From an uncultured Acidobacteriota bacterium (GTDB lineage Bacteria > Acidobacteriota > Thermoanaerobaculia > UBA5066 > Gp7-AA6), in contig CAVVML010000017.1 in NCBI GenBank assembly GCA_963749265.1, positions 32,465-96,464 of the forward strand: a stretch of 64,000 nt of DNA, in the 5' to 3' direction. Below are positions 50,813-62,909 of this stretch, piece by piece. The translations under genes and the position numbers were made by a program. The notes beneath the pieces are model-generated. The model saw nothing but the letters and a program-made list of their open reading frames with translations. It made no database searches and was not told the DNA's origin. Position 1 is the stretch's first letter, and the number at the start of each line of letters is the position of its first letter.

Positions 50813-51239
50813 TCGAGCTCCCGGCCGGGCTCGTCGAGGCGATCCGGCGGCACGGCGCCGAGACCTATCCCGAGGAATGCTGCGGCGGGCTGCTCGGAGA
50901 GCGGCGGAACGGCATCGGTGCGCGTCCTCCGGGCGGAGCCCGTGCCGAACCGCGGAACGGAGCTGCGGGAGCGCCGGTACACCATCGATCCGCTCGACTA
51001 CCTGCGCCTCGAGCGGCTCGCCGGCGAGGCCGGCCTCGCGGTCGTCGGGATCTACCATTCCCATCCGGACCACCCGGCGGTCCCGTCCGAGTTCGACCGG
51101 GAACACGCGCTGGCCGTATTTTCATTACCTGATCGTGGCTGTCGAGGCGGGCCGGGCCGGGGATTTCGCCTGCTGGGTCCTGAGCGAGGACCGCGGAGTC
51201 CTTCGAGCGCGCGCCGCACCGACTGACGACGAACGATGA
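50809..51239 (+). CDS. mec: JAMM/MPN-family metalloprotease (Mec+-like CysO-cysteine hydrolase), frameshifted
   Basis: GTG overlaps the cysM stop. EECCGGLLGERRN…VVGIYHSHPDHPAVPSEFD (JAMM H-S-H…S..D motif). Confidence 0.7.
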
Positions 51240-51260
51240 CACGCGAGGAGGAGTGACGAC

Positions 51261-51534
51261 ATGCCGAAGATCTTTCTGCCGACGCCGCTTCGGCCCTTCG
51301 CGGACGGCGCCTCGACGGTCGAGGCGCGGGAGCGACGGTGGCCGAGGCGCTGGAGGCGCTCGTCTCGCGGCACGCGGGCCTGCGCGCGCATCTCTTCGAC
51401 GAGGTCGGGGAAGCTGCGCGTCCTTCGTGAACGTCTACCGCAACGACGAGGACATCCGCCACCTCGATCGCGAGGGGACGGCGGTCGCGGCCGGCGACAC
51501 GCTGTCGATCGTGCCGTCCATCGCGGGAGGCTCG
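51261..51534 (+). CDS. cysO: MoaD/ThiS-family sulfur-carrier protein ending in Gly-Gly (CysO-like). Internal frameshift, stop obscured.
   Basis: RBS GAGGAGGAG. MPKIFLPTPLRPFADGASTVEA…FVNVYRNDEDIRHLDREGTAVAAGDTLSIVPSIAGG (about 91 aa, C-terminal GG). Confidence 0.7.
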
Positions 51535-51539
51535 CCCGC

Positions 51540-52734
51540 CGTGCGTCCGCCGGGCTCGACGCCCGCGGCGCTCACGAAGCGAGGAGCTCCAGCGCTACGC
51601 GCGCCACCTGATCCTGCCCGAGGTCGGGCCCGAGGGGCAGGCGAAGCTCAAGGCGGGCCGCGTTCTTGCTCGTCGGCGCGGGCGGCCTCGGCTCTCCGGC
51701 CGCGCTGTATCTCGCGGCCGCCGGCGTCGGCACGCTCGGCCTCGTCGACTTCGACGTCGTCGACGAGTCGAACCTGCACCGCCAGATCCTCTTCGGGACG
51801 TCCGACGTCGGGCCGGCCGAAGCTCGAGGCCGCGGCCGCGCGGCTCTCCGACGTGAACCCGAACGTGCGCATCGTTCCCTTCGAGGAGCGGCTGACGTCG
51901 GAGAACGCGCTGCGGATCCTGCGCGGACTTCGACGTCGTGGCCGACGGCACCGACAACTTTCCGACGCGCTACCTCGTCAACGACGCCTGCGTGCTCCTC
52001 GGCAAGCCCAACGTCTACGCCTCGATCTTCCGCTTCGAGGGGCAGGCCTCCGTCTTCGCGGCGAAGGACGGGCCCTGCTATCGCTGCCTGTACGCGGAGC
52101 CGCCGCCTCCGGGCCTCGTGCCCTCCTGCGCCGAAGGGGGAGTGCTCGGCGTGCTGCCCGGGCTCCTCGGCGTGATCCAGGCGACCGAGACGGTCAAGCT
52201 CCTCCTCGGCGTCGGCGAGCCGCTCGTCGGACGGCTCCTGCTCGTGGACGCCCTGGCGATGCGGTTCCGCGAGCTCCGGGTCCGCAAGAACCCCGACTGC
52301 GTCGTCTGCGGTCCGCGGCCGAGCGTGACGCGGCTCATCGACTACGAGGCGTTCTGCGGAAGTCCAGGGCGCCGGCCGCCGCGTCGTCTGGTATCGTCCA
52401 AACCGTGCACGCGCACGTCCCGGAGCTGTCCGTCGAGGAGCTGAAGGCGCTACGCGATCGCGGCGAGAAGCTCGTTCTGGTGGACGTCCGCGAGCCGCGC
52501 GAGTGGGCGATCTCGGATCTCGGAGATTCCGTCAAGATTCCTCTCGGCACGCTCCCCGAGAGTCTCGAGAAGCTCTCCAAAGACGACGAGATCGTCGTCT
52601 ACTGCCGCACCGGAGGCCGCAGCGGCAACGCCGTCGCCTTCCTGCTCGAGCACGGCTTCGAAAAGGTCCGCAACCTCGCCGGCGGTATCAATCGCTGGGC
52701 GGATCGGATCGACAAGTCCCTGCCGCGGTACTGA
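51540..52734 (+). CDS. moeZ: MoeZ/MoeB-type E1-like adenylyltransferase with C-terminal rhodanese domain, frameshifted. Start approximate.
   Basis: …[16 protein letters not shown]…[41 protein letters not shown]…CYRCLY…, then the rhodanese domain …[11 protein letters not shown]…[10 protein letters not shown]…LAGGINRW. Stop TGA 52732-52734. Confidence 0.8.
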
Positions 52735-52744
52735 GTCGGAAGCC

Positions 52745-52960
52745 ATGCGCCGCATCGGCCTGGTCCTCCTCGCGATCGGACTCGCCGGATTTCTCTTTGC
52801 CTCCGCCCAGAAGTCGCACTACGAAGCGGCGCGCCGCGGGCGCGACCGCCTCGTCTCCCGCGGCGGAGAGCTCCATCGCTGGGAGGCGGCCCGCTGGCTG
52901 CTCGTGGGCGTGGGCGTGATCGGCGTCGTCTTTACGGTTTTGCCGGGGAAGCAGGCTTAG
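52745..52960 (+). CDS. small 2-TM membrane protein (71 aa)
   Basis: MRRIGLVLLAIGLAGFLFASAQ…AARWLLVGVGVIGVVFTVL. Stop TAG 52958-52960. Confidence 0.5.
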   Translation: MRRIGLVLLAIGLAGFLFASAQKSHYEAARRGRDRLVSRGGELHRWEAARWLLVGVGVIGVVFTVLPGKQA

Positions 52961-53973
52961 CCGCCGTCTTCGGTTTCGGGGTCGGTCGCGGCGCGCCCGT
53001 CGCCGGCGTCGCCGCCGTTCCCTTCCTTCTGGACGCGCTCGTGGAGCTCGCGGAAGAGCCGTGTACATCCGGTCGAACGCCTTCTGCTTCTCGCCGTGCG
53101 TCTCGGCGGTGACGTCGAGGTACGGCCGCGCGGGGATGTTCTTGTCGTAATCGAGAACCGCGACGGTGACGTCGGTGTACGTCGGCGCGTACGTCGTGGG
53201 CGCCATCGACGCCGGGTCGTCCGAGCGGAGGAGGAGCGCCAGCTTCCGGAAATCGGAGTCGGACAGGGTCAGCTCGCGGGGCGGGCGGCGGCAGTTGTCC
53301 CTTGGGCATGAGGCGGTCGCTGACGTGCCGGCCCTCGACGCGCAGGAGGAAGCTCTCGCCGCCGCTGTTCGCGGTCGCGGCGCGGCGCACGAATGCCGAG
53401 AACGTCTGCGGCGCGAGCGTGCCGTCGGCCACCTTGGCGAGCCCGTCCTGCAGGCTCGAAGCCTTCACCCCGCCGGCCGCGGCTTTTTCGGAGAAGGCCA
53501 GGATCCGGCCGACGAGCTGGCTGAGCGACTCCAGCTGCTCTCCCTTGGTGAGCTGCTGGCGATGCGTCCGGACGTCGCCGGCGATGACCGTCAGCTCTCC
53601 GCGAAGCTGCAGCGGAGCTTTCGCCTTCGGGACGGCGAGCCTTCGCGCCCGGCTGAGGAATCGTGCCCACCTTCGCGTCGACCAGCATGTTCACGACCGT
53701 GAGGATCTGCTCGCGAGTCATGGGGAACTGGACGCTCTTTTCCCAGATGCCCACGCCCGTGCCCCAGATCCGCACGGAGCGGTTGGCGTGCTCGAGCTGC
53801 CACGACGCGTCGAGCTGGAAGTCGTCGAGGCTCGCCCGGCCCGACGCCATTCGGGCGAGGGCGTCGTCGAGCGGGTCGGCGGGGGCGGAGGCCTTCGCCG
53901 GCAGACGCGAGGGCGACGCTTCCTCCCGTCAACATTCCCAGAGCCAGGGCCGCGATCGCGAATCGGATCTTCA
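52957..53973 (-). CDS. secreted hypothetical protein with acidic C-terminal tail, frameshifted
   Basis: Signal peptide MKIRFAIAALALGMLTGGS. Protein-like segments across 3 frames (…SVRIWGTGVGIWEKSVQFPMTREQILTVVNMLVDAKVG…, …FLLRVEGRHVSDRLMPKGQ…). Tail …ELHERVQKEGNGGDAGDG…ETEDGG then TAA. Confidence 0.4.
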
Positions 53974-53985
53974 TGCTTCCTGTCC

Positions 53986-54357
53986 TCACCCCGCCGATGC
54001 TTCGGCGCCTTCCTCGAGCAAGCGATTGATCTTCGCCGCGAGGATGAAGTCGTTTTCGTGGAGCCCGCCGATCTTGTGCGTCCAGAGGACGAGGTCCACC
54101 TTGTTCCAGTGAATCGCGATGTCCGGATGATGGCCTTCCTGCTCGGCGATGTCCGCGACGCGGTTGACGAACTCCATCGCCGCCACGAAATCGCGGAACT
54201 CGAAGCGGCGCTGGAGGCGGGTGCCGTTCTCGGCGAGCGACCAGCCCGGCGTGCGCGGGAGAAAGCTCCGCGCGGCCTCGGCCTCCGTCAGGGGAGGGAT
54301 GCCGCCCCGGCAGGGGACGCAGCTCTTGCCGGCCAGGCCTTCCATGTCGTCAACCAT
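53986..54357 (-). CDS. phhB: pterin-4a-carbinolamine dehydratase
   Basis: 123-aa intact ORF with …EQEGHHPDIAIHWNKVDLVLWTHKIGGL… signature. Confidence 0.85.
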   Translation of the reverse strand: MVDDMEGLAGKSCVPCRGGIPPLTEAEAARSFLPRTPGWSLAENGTRLQRRFEFRDFVAAMEFVNRVADIAEQEGHHPDIAIHWNKVDLVLWTHKIGGLHENDFILAAKINRLLEEGAEASAG

Positions 54358-54448
54358 ACGGAGCAGAGCATCCTATCGTCGGGGGACGGTGGCGGTGCGG
54401 TTGACCCCGGGCTCCCGATCCCGGATAATCCGCGTCCCTCAGAACGAC

Positions 54449-54522
54449 TGGGAGGTCGTTCAATGGTAGGACAACTGGCTCTGGACCAGTGAATCGGGGT
54501 TCGAGTCCCTGCCTCCCAGCCA
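54449..54522 (+). tRNA. tRNA-Gln (anticodon CUG)
   Basis: Cloverleaf folded by hand. Acceptor UGGGAGG/CCUCCCA, D-stem GUUC/GGAC, anticodon stem ACUGG/CCAGU with loop CUCUGGA, T-arm CGGGG-UUCGAGU-CCCUG, discriminator G, encoded CCA. Confidence 0.85.
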
Positions 54523-54783
54523 ATCCGTCGCTACGCGCTCGCTCCGGGTCTCGCCCCGGGCGCACCGGCCGTCGGCTCGCGCGGGTGCGCGCTCGACCGC
54601 CGGCCTGACCCTCCGCTCCGCGCTCCGCTCCCGCGGCGCGAACCTCCTCCCTCCCTTCGGTCGGGAGACTATTCGCGCCGCGAACGATTGGACCGGGGCC
54701 GCGAAAAGGCGGCACGGGAGTCGCGTCGCCACCGGGGCGCACTGCTGCCAAAAAGTCCTCTAGAATCCGCCTGAAGTTTCCTT

Positions 54784-57453
54784 TTGACCCTCACAGCCGG
54801 AACACGCCTCGGGTCCTACGAGATCGTCGCGCCGCTCGGGCGCGGGCGGGATGGGGGAGGTGTACCGGGCGCGGGATTCGAAGTTGAAGCGCGAGGTGGC
54901 GGTCAAGGTTCTGCCGCAGACGCTTGCGGCGGATCCGGATGCCCTGGCGAGGTTCGAGCGTGAAGCCCTGGCCGTCGCGGCGCTCTCGCATCCGAACATC
55001 CTCGCGATTCACGATTTCGGAACTCAGGACGGGACAGCCTATGCGGTGACGGAGCTTCTGGAAGGAGAGACGCTGCGCGGAAAGCTCGACGGATCCGACC
55101 GTCTCCCAGAAGCAAGCGGTGGACTGGGCGCTGCAGATCGCGCGCGGACTCTCGGCGGCGCACGGCAAGGGTGTCGTCCATCGGGACCTCAAACCCGACA
55201 ACGTCTTCGTGTCGAGGGACGGGCACGTCAAGATTCTCGACTTCGGTCTGGCGAAGCGGGAGGAGACGACTCCCGAAGCGCAGACGAAAGCGCCGACGGG
55301 GTCGGGTCACACCGCGCCCGGAACGGTCATGGGCACGATGGGCTACATGTCTCCCGAGCAGCTGCGCGGGCTGCCGGTCGATCACCGCTCGGACATCTTC
55401 TCCTTCGGGGCGATCCTTTACGAGCTCTTGTCCGGCAAGAAGGCGTTCAAGAGGGACACGGCGAGCGACACGATCGCGGCGGTCCTAAGGAGGAGCCGCC
55501 GGAGCTGACGCAGACGGGACGGAACATCTCGCCCGCGCTGGACCACATCGTTCGGCACTGTCTGGAGAAGGACCCGGAGAACCGGTTCCAGTCGGCGAAG
55601 GACGTGGCGTTCGCGCTGTCGGAGGCGTCGAGCCCGACCGACGACGGTCACGAGCGGCGTGCAGGCCATCGTCGCGCGCCGGAGAAGTCGGCGCAGCAAG
55701 AAGTGCTGATCGCCGTCGCGGCGGTCGTGGTCGTGCTCGCGGCCGTGGGTCTTTTCCTCTGGAAGCGGCCGAAGTCGAACGCGGCGGCGTCCGCTGGCGG
55801 CGTCAAGCGCGTCGCGGTGCTGCCGTTCGAGAACCTGGGCGCTCCCGAGGACGACTACTTCGCCGACGGGATCGCGGACGCGGTGCGCGGCAAGCTGACC
55901 TCGCTGCCGGGCCTCGAGGTCATCGCGCGGGGCAGCTCGACGCCCTACAAGAAGACGACCAAGACGCCGCAGGAGATCGCCCGCGAGCTCGACGCGCACT
56001 ACCTCCTGACCGCGACCGTGCGCTGGCAGAAGGGCGGAGGTGGCAACCGCGTGCAGGTCAGCCCGGAGCTCGTCGAGATCCGGGCGTCCGGAGCGCCGGC
56101 CTCGAGGTGGCAGCAGCCCTTCGACGCGGCGATCACGGACGTCTTCCAGGTGCAGTCGGACATCGCGACGAAGGTGGCGCAGGCGCTGGGCGGCGCGCTC
56201 GCGGCCGGCGAGGAGAAGCGGCTGTCCGAGAAGCCCACGCAGAACCTCGCCGCCTACGACGCCTTCTTGAAGGGCGAGGAAGCGGCGAATGGCCTGGGAG
56301 CCACCGATCCGCCCAGCCTGCGCAAGGCGCTCGGCTTCTACGAGCAGGCCGTAGCGCTGGATCCCGGATTCGCGCAGGCGTGGGCGAGAGTCTCGTACGC
56401 CAATTCGCTCCTGTACGCCAACAGCACCCCGACTGCCCGAGCTGGCCGATCGCGCCCGGCAGGCGGGGGAGAAAGCCGTCGCACTTGCGCCAAACCGCCC
56501 GGAGGGGTACGAGGCGCTGGGCACCTACGAACGGATGGTCGCCGTGGACTTCAAGCGCGCCCTGGAGCAGTACGAGAAGGGACTGCGAGTTGCGCCTGGC
56601 CATGCCTCCCTTGTCAGTGGAACGGCGCTTGCCGAGCAGGGCCTCGGGCGCTGGGATGCGGCGCTGGAGCATCTCAGACAGGCGGAGCGCCTCGATCCCC
56701 GATCCGTCGAACGTTCAGCGGCGTCTCGGCGAAGCGCTTCTCTGGCTGCGACGCTATCCCGAGGCGCGGGAGGCTATCGACCGTGGCCTCGCCCTCGCGC
56801 CCGCCAACCTCGTACTGATCGAGCGCAAGGCCATGACGTTCCTCGGCGAGGGAGACCTCGCCGGTGCTCGGGCCGCGCTCGAGGCCGCGCCCAGGGAAGT
56901 CGAGCCCACCGCGCTCGTGGCGTACGTGGCGACCTACTGGGATCTCGCCTGGGTGCTCGATGAGGAGCAGCGAGAGCTTCTGCTGCGCCTGACACCGGGC
57001 GCGTTCGACGACGACCGCGGGCACCTGGGCCATCTGCCTGGCTCAGGCGTATGCGCTTGAAGGGCGACGCCCAAAAAATGCACACCTACGCGGAGGAAGC
57101 AAGGAAGGCCTTCGAGGAGCAGCTTCGCGCGACTCCCGATGACGCACAGCGTCATGTCTTTCTCGGCCTATCGCTCGCGTATCTCGGCCGAAAGGAAGAG
57201 GCGATCCGGGAGGGAGAGCGCGGCGTCGCGCTCGATGCCCGTCTCGAAAGATGCGGTCCAAGGCCCCTATCTCCAGCACCAGCTCGCGCGGATCTACATC
57301 CTCGTCGGCGAGCCGGAGAAGGCGCTCGACCAGCTCGAGCCGCTGCTGAAGATCCCGTACTACCTCTCGCCCGGCTGGCTGAAGATCGACCCCAACTTCG
57401 ATCCGCTGCGCAAGAACCCGCGGTTCCAGAAGCTCGTCGCGGGCGGCAAGTGA
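54784..57453 (+). CDS. K13: Ser/Thr protein kinase + TolB-N-terminal-like (COG5616-type) domain + TPR repeats, frameshifted
   Basis: TTG start. [19 protein letters not shown]…[21 protein letters not shown]…[11 protein letters not shown]…DFGLAK…YMSPEQ, then [31 protein letters not shown]…, TPR region, tail …[22 protein letters not shown] then TGA. Confidence 0.8.
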
Positions 57454-60135
57454 CGCTGGCGGCCGGAACGCGCCTCGGGTCCTACGAGATCCTCGCGCCG
57501 CTCGGGCGCGGGCGGGATGGGAGAGGTCTACCGGGCGCGGGATTCGAAGTTGAAGCGCGAGGTGGCGGTGAAGGTGCTGCCGCAGTCGCTCGCGGCGGAT
57601 CCGGATGCCCTGGCGAGGTTCGAGCGCGAGGCGTTGGCGGTCGCGGCGCTGTCGCATCCGAACATTCTCGCGATCCACGATTTCGGAACGCAGGACGGGA
57701 CGGCCTACGCGGTGACGGAGCTTCTCGAAGGCGAGACGCTGCGCGGCAAGCTCGACACGGGCCCGATCGCGCAGAGGCAGGCCATCGATTACGCGCTCCA
57801 GGTTGCGAAAGGACTCTCCGCGGCCCACGAGAAGGGCATCGTCCACCGGGACCTGAAGCCGGAGAACCTGTTCGTTTCGAAGGACGGCCATCTCAAGATC
57901 CTGGACTTCGGGCTGGCGAAAAAGGTGGAGGCCGTCACTCCGGAGGAGAAGACGAGCGCGCGCGACGGGCTCGGGCCACACGGAGCCCGGGACGGTGATG
58001 GGCACGATGGGCTACATGTCGCCCGAGCAGGTGCGGGGACTGCCCGTGGATCACCGCTCGGATCTCTTCTCGCTCGGGACGATCCTGTACGAGATGCTCT
58101 CGGGCAAGAGGGCGTTCAAGCGGGACACGGCGAGCGACACGATCGCGGCGATCCTGAAGGAGGAGCCGCCGGAGCTGACGCAGTCGGGGCGGAACGTCTC
58201 GCCGGCCCTCGACCACATCGTCAAGCACTGCCTGGAGAAGGACCGGAGCCGGCGGTTCCAGTCCGCGCAGGACATCGCCTTCGCGCTCTCGGAGGCGTCG
58301 TCTCCGACGACGACGGTCCGAGCGGGGTGCACGTCGTCCCGCGCAGCGCGGCCGCGGAAAGGCGATCGCCGTCGCCGCCGGCGGTCGTCGCCGTCCTGGC
58401 CGCCGCGGGCGGCTCTGCTCTGGCAGCGCCCGCGCCCCGGCCGCGCGCACCGGCCGCCGCCGGCGGCGTCAAGCGCATCGCCGTGCTCTGCCGTTCGAGA
58501 ACCTGGGCGCTCCCGAGGACGACTACTTCGCCGACGGCATCGCGGATGCGATCCGCGGCAAGCTCACGTCGCTGCCGGGCCTCGAGGTCATCGCGCGCGG
58601 CAGCTCGACGCCCTACAAGAAGACGACCAAGACGCCGCAGGAGATCGCGAAGGAGCTCTCCGCCAATTACCTGCTGACCGCGACCGTCCGCTGGCAGAAG
58701 AGAGGGCGGCGGCAACCGCGTGCAGGTGAGCCCGGAGCTCGTCGAGGTCACGCCCGACGGCCCTCCCGCTTCCCGGTGGCAGCAGCCCTTCGACGCGGCG
58801 TTGACGGACGTCTTCCAGGTGCAGTCCGACATCGCGACGAAGCGTCGCGAAGGAGCTCGGCGTCGCGCTGGGGACGACCGAGGCGAAGGGCTCTCCGGAG
58901 AAGCCGACGCAGAACCTGCCGGCGTACGAGGCGTACCTGCAAGGGCGAGGAAGCGTCCGCCGGCGTGTCCGCGTCCGATCCCGCCACGCTGCGCCGGGCG
59001 CTCGCCTTCTATGAGCAGGCGGTCGCGCTCGATCCCATGTTCGTCCAGGCCTGGGCGGAGATCGCGACCGACCTTTCGCTCCTTTACGCCAACGGCGTAC
59101 CTTCCCCCGAGCTCTCGCGGTCGGGCGCAGCAGGCGGCCGAGAAGGCGATCGCAGCTGGCGCCCACCCGCGCGGAGGGATACGTGGCGCTCGCAACGTAC
59201 TGCCGGCTGGTCCTCCGGGATTTCGCGGGCGCTCTGGAGCAGTATCGGAAGGGGCTAGGCGATCTCGCCCGGCCGACGCGAGCCTCTCTCAGGGGAATCG
59301 GCGCATGCCGAGCATGGGCCTCGGGACACTTGGATCGAGCGGCGGAGCATTTCCGTCAGGCTTCGCGGCTCGATCCGCGCAGCGTCGGCAACCTGAGAGC
59401 ACTCGGCGGATGCGCTCCTACGATCTGCGGCGCATCCGTCGAGGCGCGCGAGGTGCTCGCCCGCGGTCTCGCGCTCGCGCCCGTCAACCTGGTCCTGATC
59501 GAGTTCCGGGCGATGACATTCCTCTGCGAGGGAGACCTGTCGGGCGCGCGGGCCGTCGCTCGAGGCCGCGGCACCAGGCCGTCGATCCCACGGCTCTGGT
59601 CGCCTCTTGGCGGACTACAACGATCTGGTCTGGGTGCTCGACGAGCGCGCAGCGGGAGCTGCTGCTGCGCCTGACCCCGAGCGCATTCGACGACGACCGC
59701 GGCGCCTGGGCTCTCTCCCTCGCTCAGGCCTATGCCCTGGAAGGCGACGCAGCGAACACGCGGCACTATGCGGAGCGAGGCGACGAAGGCGTCGAGGAGC
59801 AGCTCGAGTCGGCACCCGATGATCCCGCGCTTCACGTCTCTCTCGGCTGGTCGCTCGCGTACCTGGGCCGGAAGGAGGAGGCGATCCGGGAGGGCGAGCG
59901 GGCGGTCGCGCTCGGCGCCGATCTCGAAAGACGCGCAACATCGGCCCCTACTTCCAGCACCAGCTCGTGCGGATCTACATCGCTGGTCGGCGAGCCCGAG
60001 AAGGCCCTCGACCAGCTCGAGCCGCTCCTGAAGATGCCCTACTACCTCTCGCCCGGCTGGCTGAAGATCGATCCCAACTTCGATCCGCTGCGCAAGAACC
60101 CGCGGTTCCAGAAGCTCGTCGCGGGCGGCAAGTGA
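57450..60135 (+). CDS. K14: Ser/Thr protein kinase + TolB-N-terminal-like (COG5616-type) domain + TPR, frameshifted; tandem paralog
   Basis: GTG overlaps the K13 stop (GTGA). [19 protein letters not shown]…, same architecture, identical C-terminal tail, TGA 60133-60135. Confidence 0.8.
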
Positions 60136-62749
60136 CGCTCGCGGCCGGCACGCGCCTCGGGTCCTACGAGATCGTCGCGCCGCTGGGCGCGGGCGGCATG
60201 GGAGAGGTGTACCGGGCGCGGGACTCGAAGTTGGAGCGCGAGGTGGCGGTCAAGGTTCTGCCGCAGTCGCTCGCGGCGGATCCGGATGCCCTGGCGAGGT
60301 TCGAGCGCGAGGCCCTGGCGGTCGCGGCGCTGTCGCATCCGAACATCCTCTCGATCTTCGATTTCGGAACGCAGGACGGGACGGCCTACGCGGTGACGGA
60401 GCTTCTGGAAGGCGAGACGCTGCGGGGCAAGCTCGACACGGGCCCGATCGCGCAGAGGCAGGCCATCGACTACGCGCTGCAGGTCGTCAAAGGACTCTCG
60501 GCGGCCCACGAGAAGGGCATCGTCCACCGGGACCTGAAGCCCGAGAACCTGTTCGTCTCGAAGGACGGCCATCTCAAGATCCTCGACTTCGGGCTGGCGA
60601 AGAAGGTCGAGGCCGTCGCTCCGGAGGAGAAGACGAGCGCGGCGACCGGCTCGGGCCACACGGAGCCCGGGACGGTGATGGGGACGATGGGCTACATGTC
60701 GCCCGAGCAGGTGCGGGGCCTGCCCGTGGATCACCGCTCGGACATCTTCTCGTTCGGGACGATCCTCTACGAGATGCTCTCGGGCAAGAGGGCGTTCAAG
60801 CGGGACACGGCGAGCGACACGATCGCGGCGATCCTGAAGGAGGATCCGCCGGAGCTGACGCAGTCGGGGCGGAACATCTCGCCGGCTCTCGACCACATCG
60901 TCAAGCACTGTCTGGAGAAGGACCGGAGCCGGCGGTTCCAGTCCGCGCATGACATCGCGTTCGCGCTTTCGGAGACGTCGTCTCCGACGACGGCGAGCGG
61001 CGTGCAGCTCGCGGCGCCGCCGACCGGCAAGAAGAAGGTTCTCATCGCCGTTGCGGCGGCGGTCGTCGTTCTCGCCGCGGTGGGCGTCTTCCTCTGCGGC
61101 GGCCGCGACCGGGCGGCGGCGAGGCCGGCGGCGTCAAGCGCGTGGCCGTGCTGCCCTTCGAGAACCTGGGCGCTCCCGAGGACGACTACTTCGCCGACGG
61201 GATCGCGGACGCAGTGCGCGGCAAGCTCACGTCGGTGCCGGGCATCGAGGTCATCGCCCGGGGCAGCTCGACGCCCTACAAGAAGACGACCAAGACGCCG
61301 CAGGAGATCGCCCGGGAGCTCGACGCGCACTATCTGCTGACGGCGACGGTGCGCTGGCAGAAGAGCGGCGGTGGCAACCGCGTGCAGGTCAGCCCCGAGC
61401 TCGTCGAGATCAGGGCATCCGGAGCGCCGGCCTCGAGATGGCAGCAGCCATTCGACGCGGCGATCACGGACGTGTTCCAGGTGCAGTCGGACATCGCGAC
61501 GAAGGTGGCGCAGGCGCTGGGCGGCGCGCTCGCGGCCGGCGAGGAGAAGCGGCTCTCCGAGAAGCCGACGCAGAACCTCGCCGCCTACGACGCCTTCTTG
61601 AAGGGCGAGGAATCTGCGGGTCGTGCATCGATCCTCCGAGCCTGCGCAAGGCGCTGGTCTTCTACGAGCAGGCCGTGGCGCTGGACCCGGACTTTGCGCA
61701 GGCGTGGGCGAGAGTCGCGTCCGCCAAATCCCTGCTCTACGCGAACGCCGTCCCGACGCCGGCGCTCGCGGAGCGTGCCCGGCAGGCGGCGGAGAAGGCC
61801 GTCGCGCTTGCACCAAACCGCCCGGAGGGATACCTGGCCCTCGGTCAGTACCACCGATTGGTCGCTCGGACTTCGACCGCGCTCGAGCAGTACCAGAAGG
61901 GGCTGCGCCTCGCGCCCGGGGATGCCTCTCTCTCGCCGTGGCAGGAGCCGAGCGGGCCTCGGGCGCTGGGATGCGGCCGTGGAGCACCTCCGGCAGGCGG
62001 AGCGCCTCGATCCACGGTCGCTGAACGTTCTGAGGCGTCAGGGCGATCTGCTGCTTCAGTTGCGGCGCTATCCCGAGGCTCGCGAACTCTCGACCGCGGT
62101 CTCGCCCTCGCGCCCTGCAACCTCAACCTGGTCGAAAACAAGGCCATGACGTATCTCGGCGAGGGAACCTGGCCGGTGCCCGGGCCGTGCTCCGGGCCGC
62201 CCCAAGGAGGTCGAGCCCACGCGCTCGTGGCCTTCCTGGCCAACTACTGGGATCTCGTCTGGGTCCTCGACGGCGCAGCGAGAGCTTCTCCTGCGGCTGA
62301 CGCCGAGCGCGTTCGACGACGACGCGGGCGTCCGGGCCCTCTGCCTCGCTCAGGCCTATGCCCTCAAGGGCGATCGGCGCAAGCGCGACCGTACGCCGAG
62401 GAGGCGAAGAAGGCCTTCGAGGAGCAGCTGCGCAGCGCCCGAGGACCCCATCCGCCACGCCTCCCTCGGCCTCGCGCTCGCGTATCTCGGCCGGAAGGAG
62501 GAAGCGATCCGGACAGCCCGTCGCGCCGCCGCGTCTCGCCCGTCGACAAGGATGCCTACGGCCCCTACTTTCAGCACCAGCTCGCGCGGATCTACATCCT
62601 CGTCGGCGAGCCGGAGAAGGCGCTCGACCAGCTCGAGCCGCTGCTGAAGATCCCGTACTACCTCTCGCCCGGCTGGCTGAAGATCGATCCCAACTTCGAC
62701 CCGCTGCGCGAGCAACCCCCGGTTCCAGAAGCTCGTCGCGGGCAAGTAG
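60132..62749 (+). CDS. K15: Ser/Thr protein kinase + TolB-N-terminal-like (COG5616-type) domain + TPR. Kinase domain frame-intact, later frameshifts. Tandem paralog.
   Basis: GTG overlaps the K14 stop. ORF 59967-61340 carries an intact kinase + TM helix. The COG5616-like domain is in ORF 61142-62149. Tail …[10 protein letters not shown] then TAG 62747-62749 in a shifted frame. Confidence 0.8.
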
Positions 62750-62909
62750 GCGCGCCGCGCGCGGGGCCTCGGCAATTCGCCGGTCGGGTCCCCGACGGGC
62801 CGTGTGAATAGAGCAAATCGCGCAAGTAGCCCTTTGGTCCTATTTCGCTCCGTCGACTCGCGCGATAGATAACTCCTTTCTTTCCCGGTTCGAGCGAATG
62901 GAGGCATGC

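Noticed and set aside
49459-51132. 557-aa + ORF spanning the cysM region in another frame
   Set aside because: Arg/Gly-rich nonsense. It overlaps the well-supported cysM and mec reading frames.
54523-54783. tRNA-Gln-associated genomic island / integrase
   Set aside because: No integrase, no recognisable direct repeat of the tRNA 3' end, and no phage genes in the window. Only the positional association is reported.
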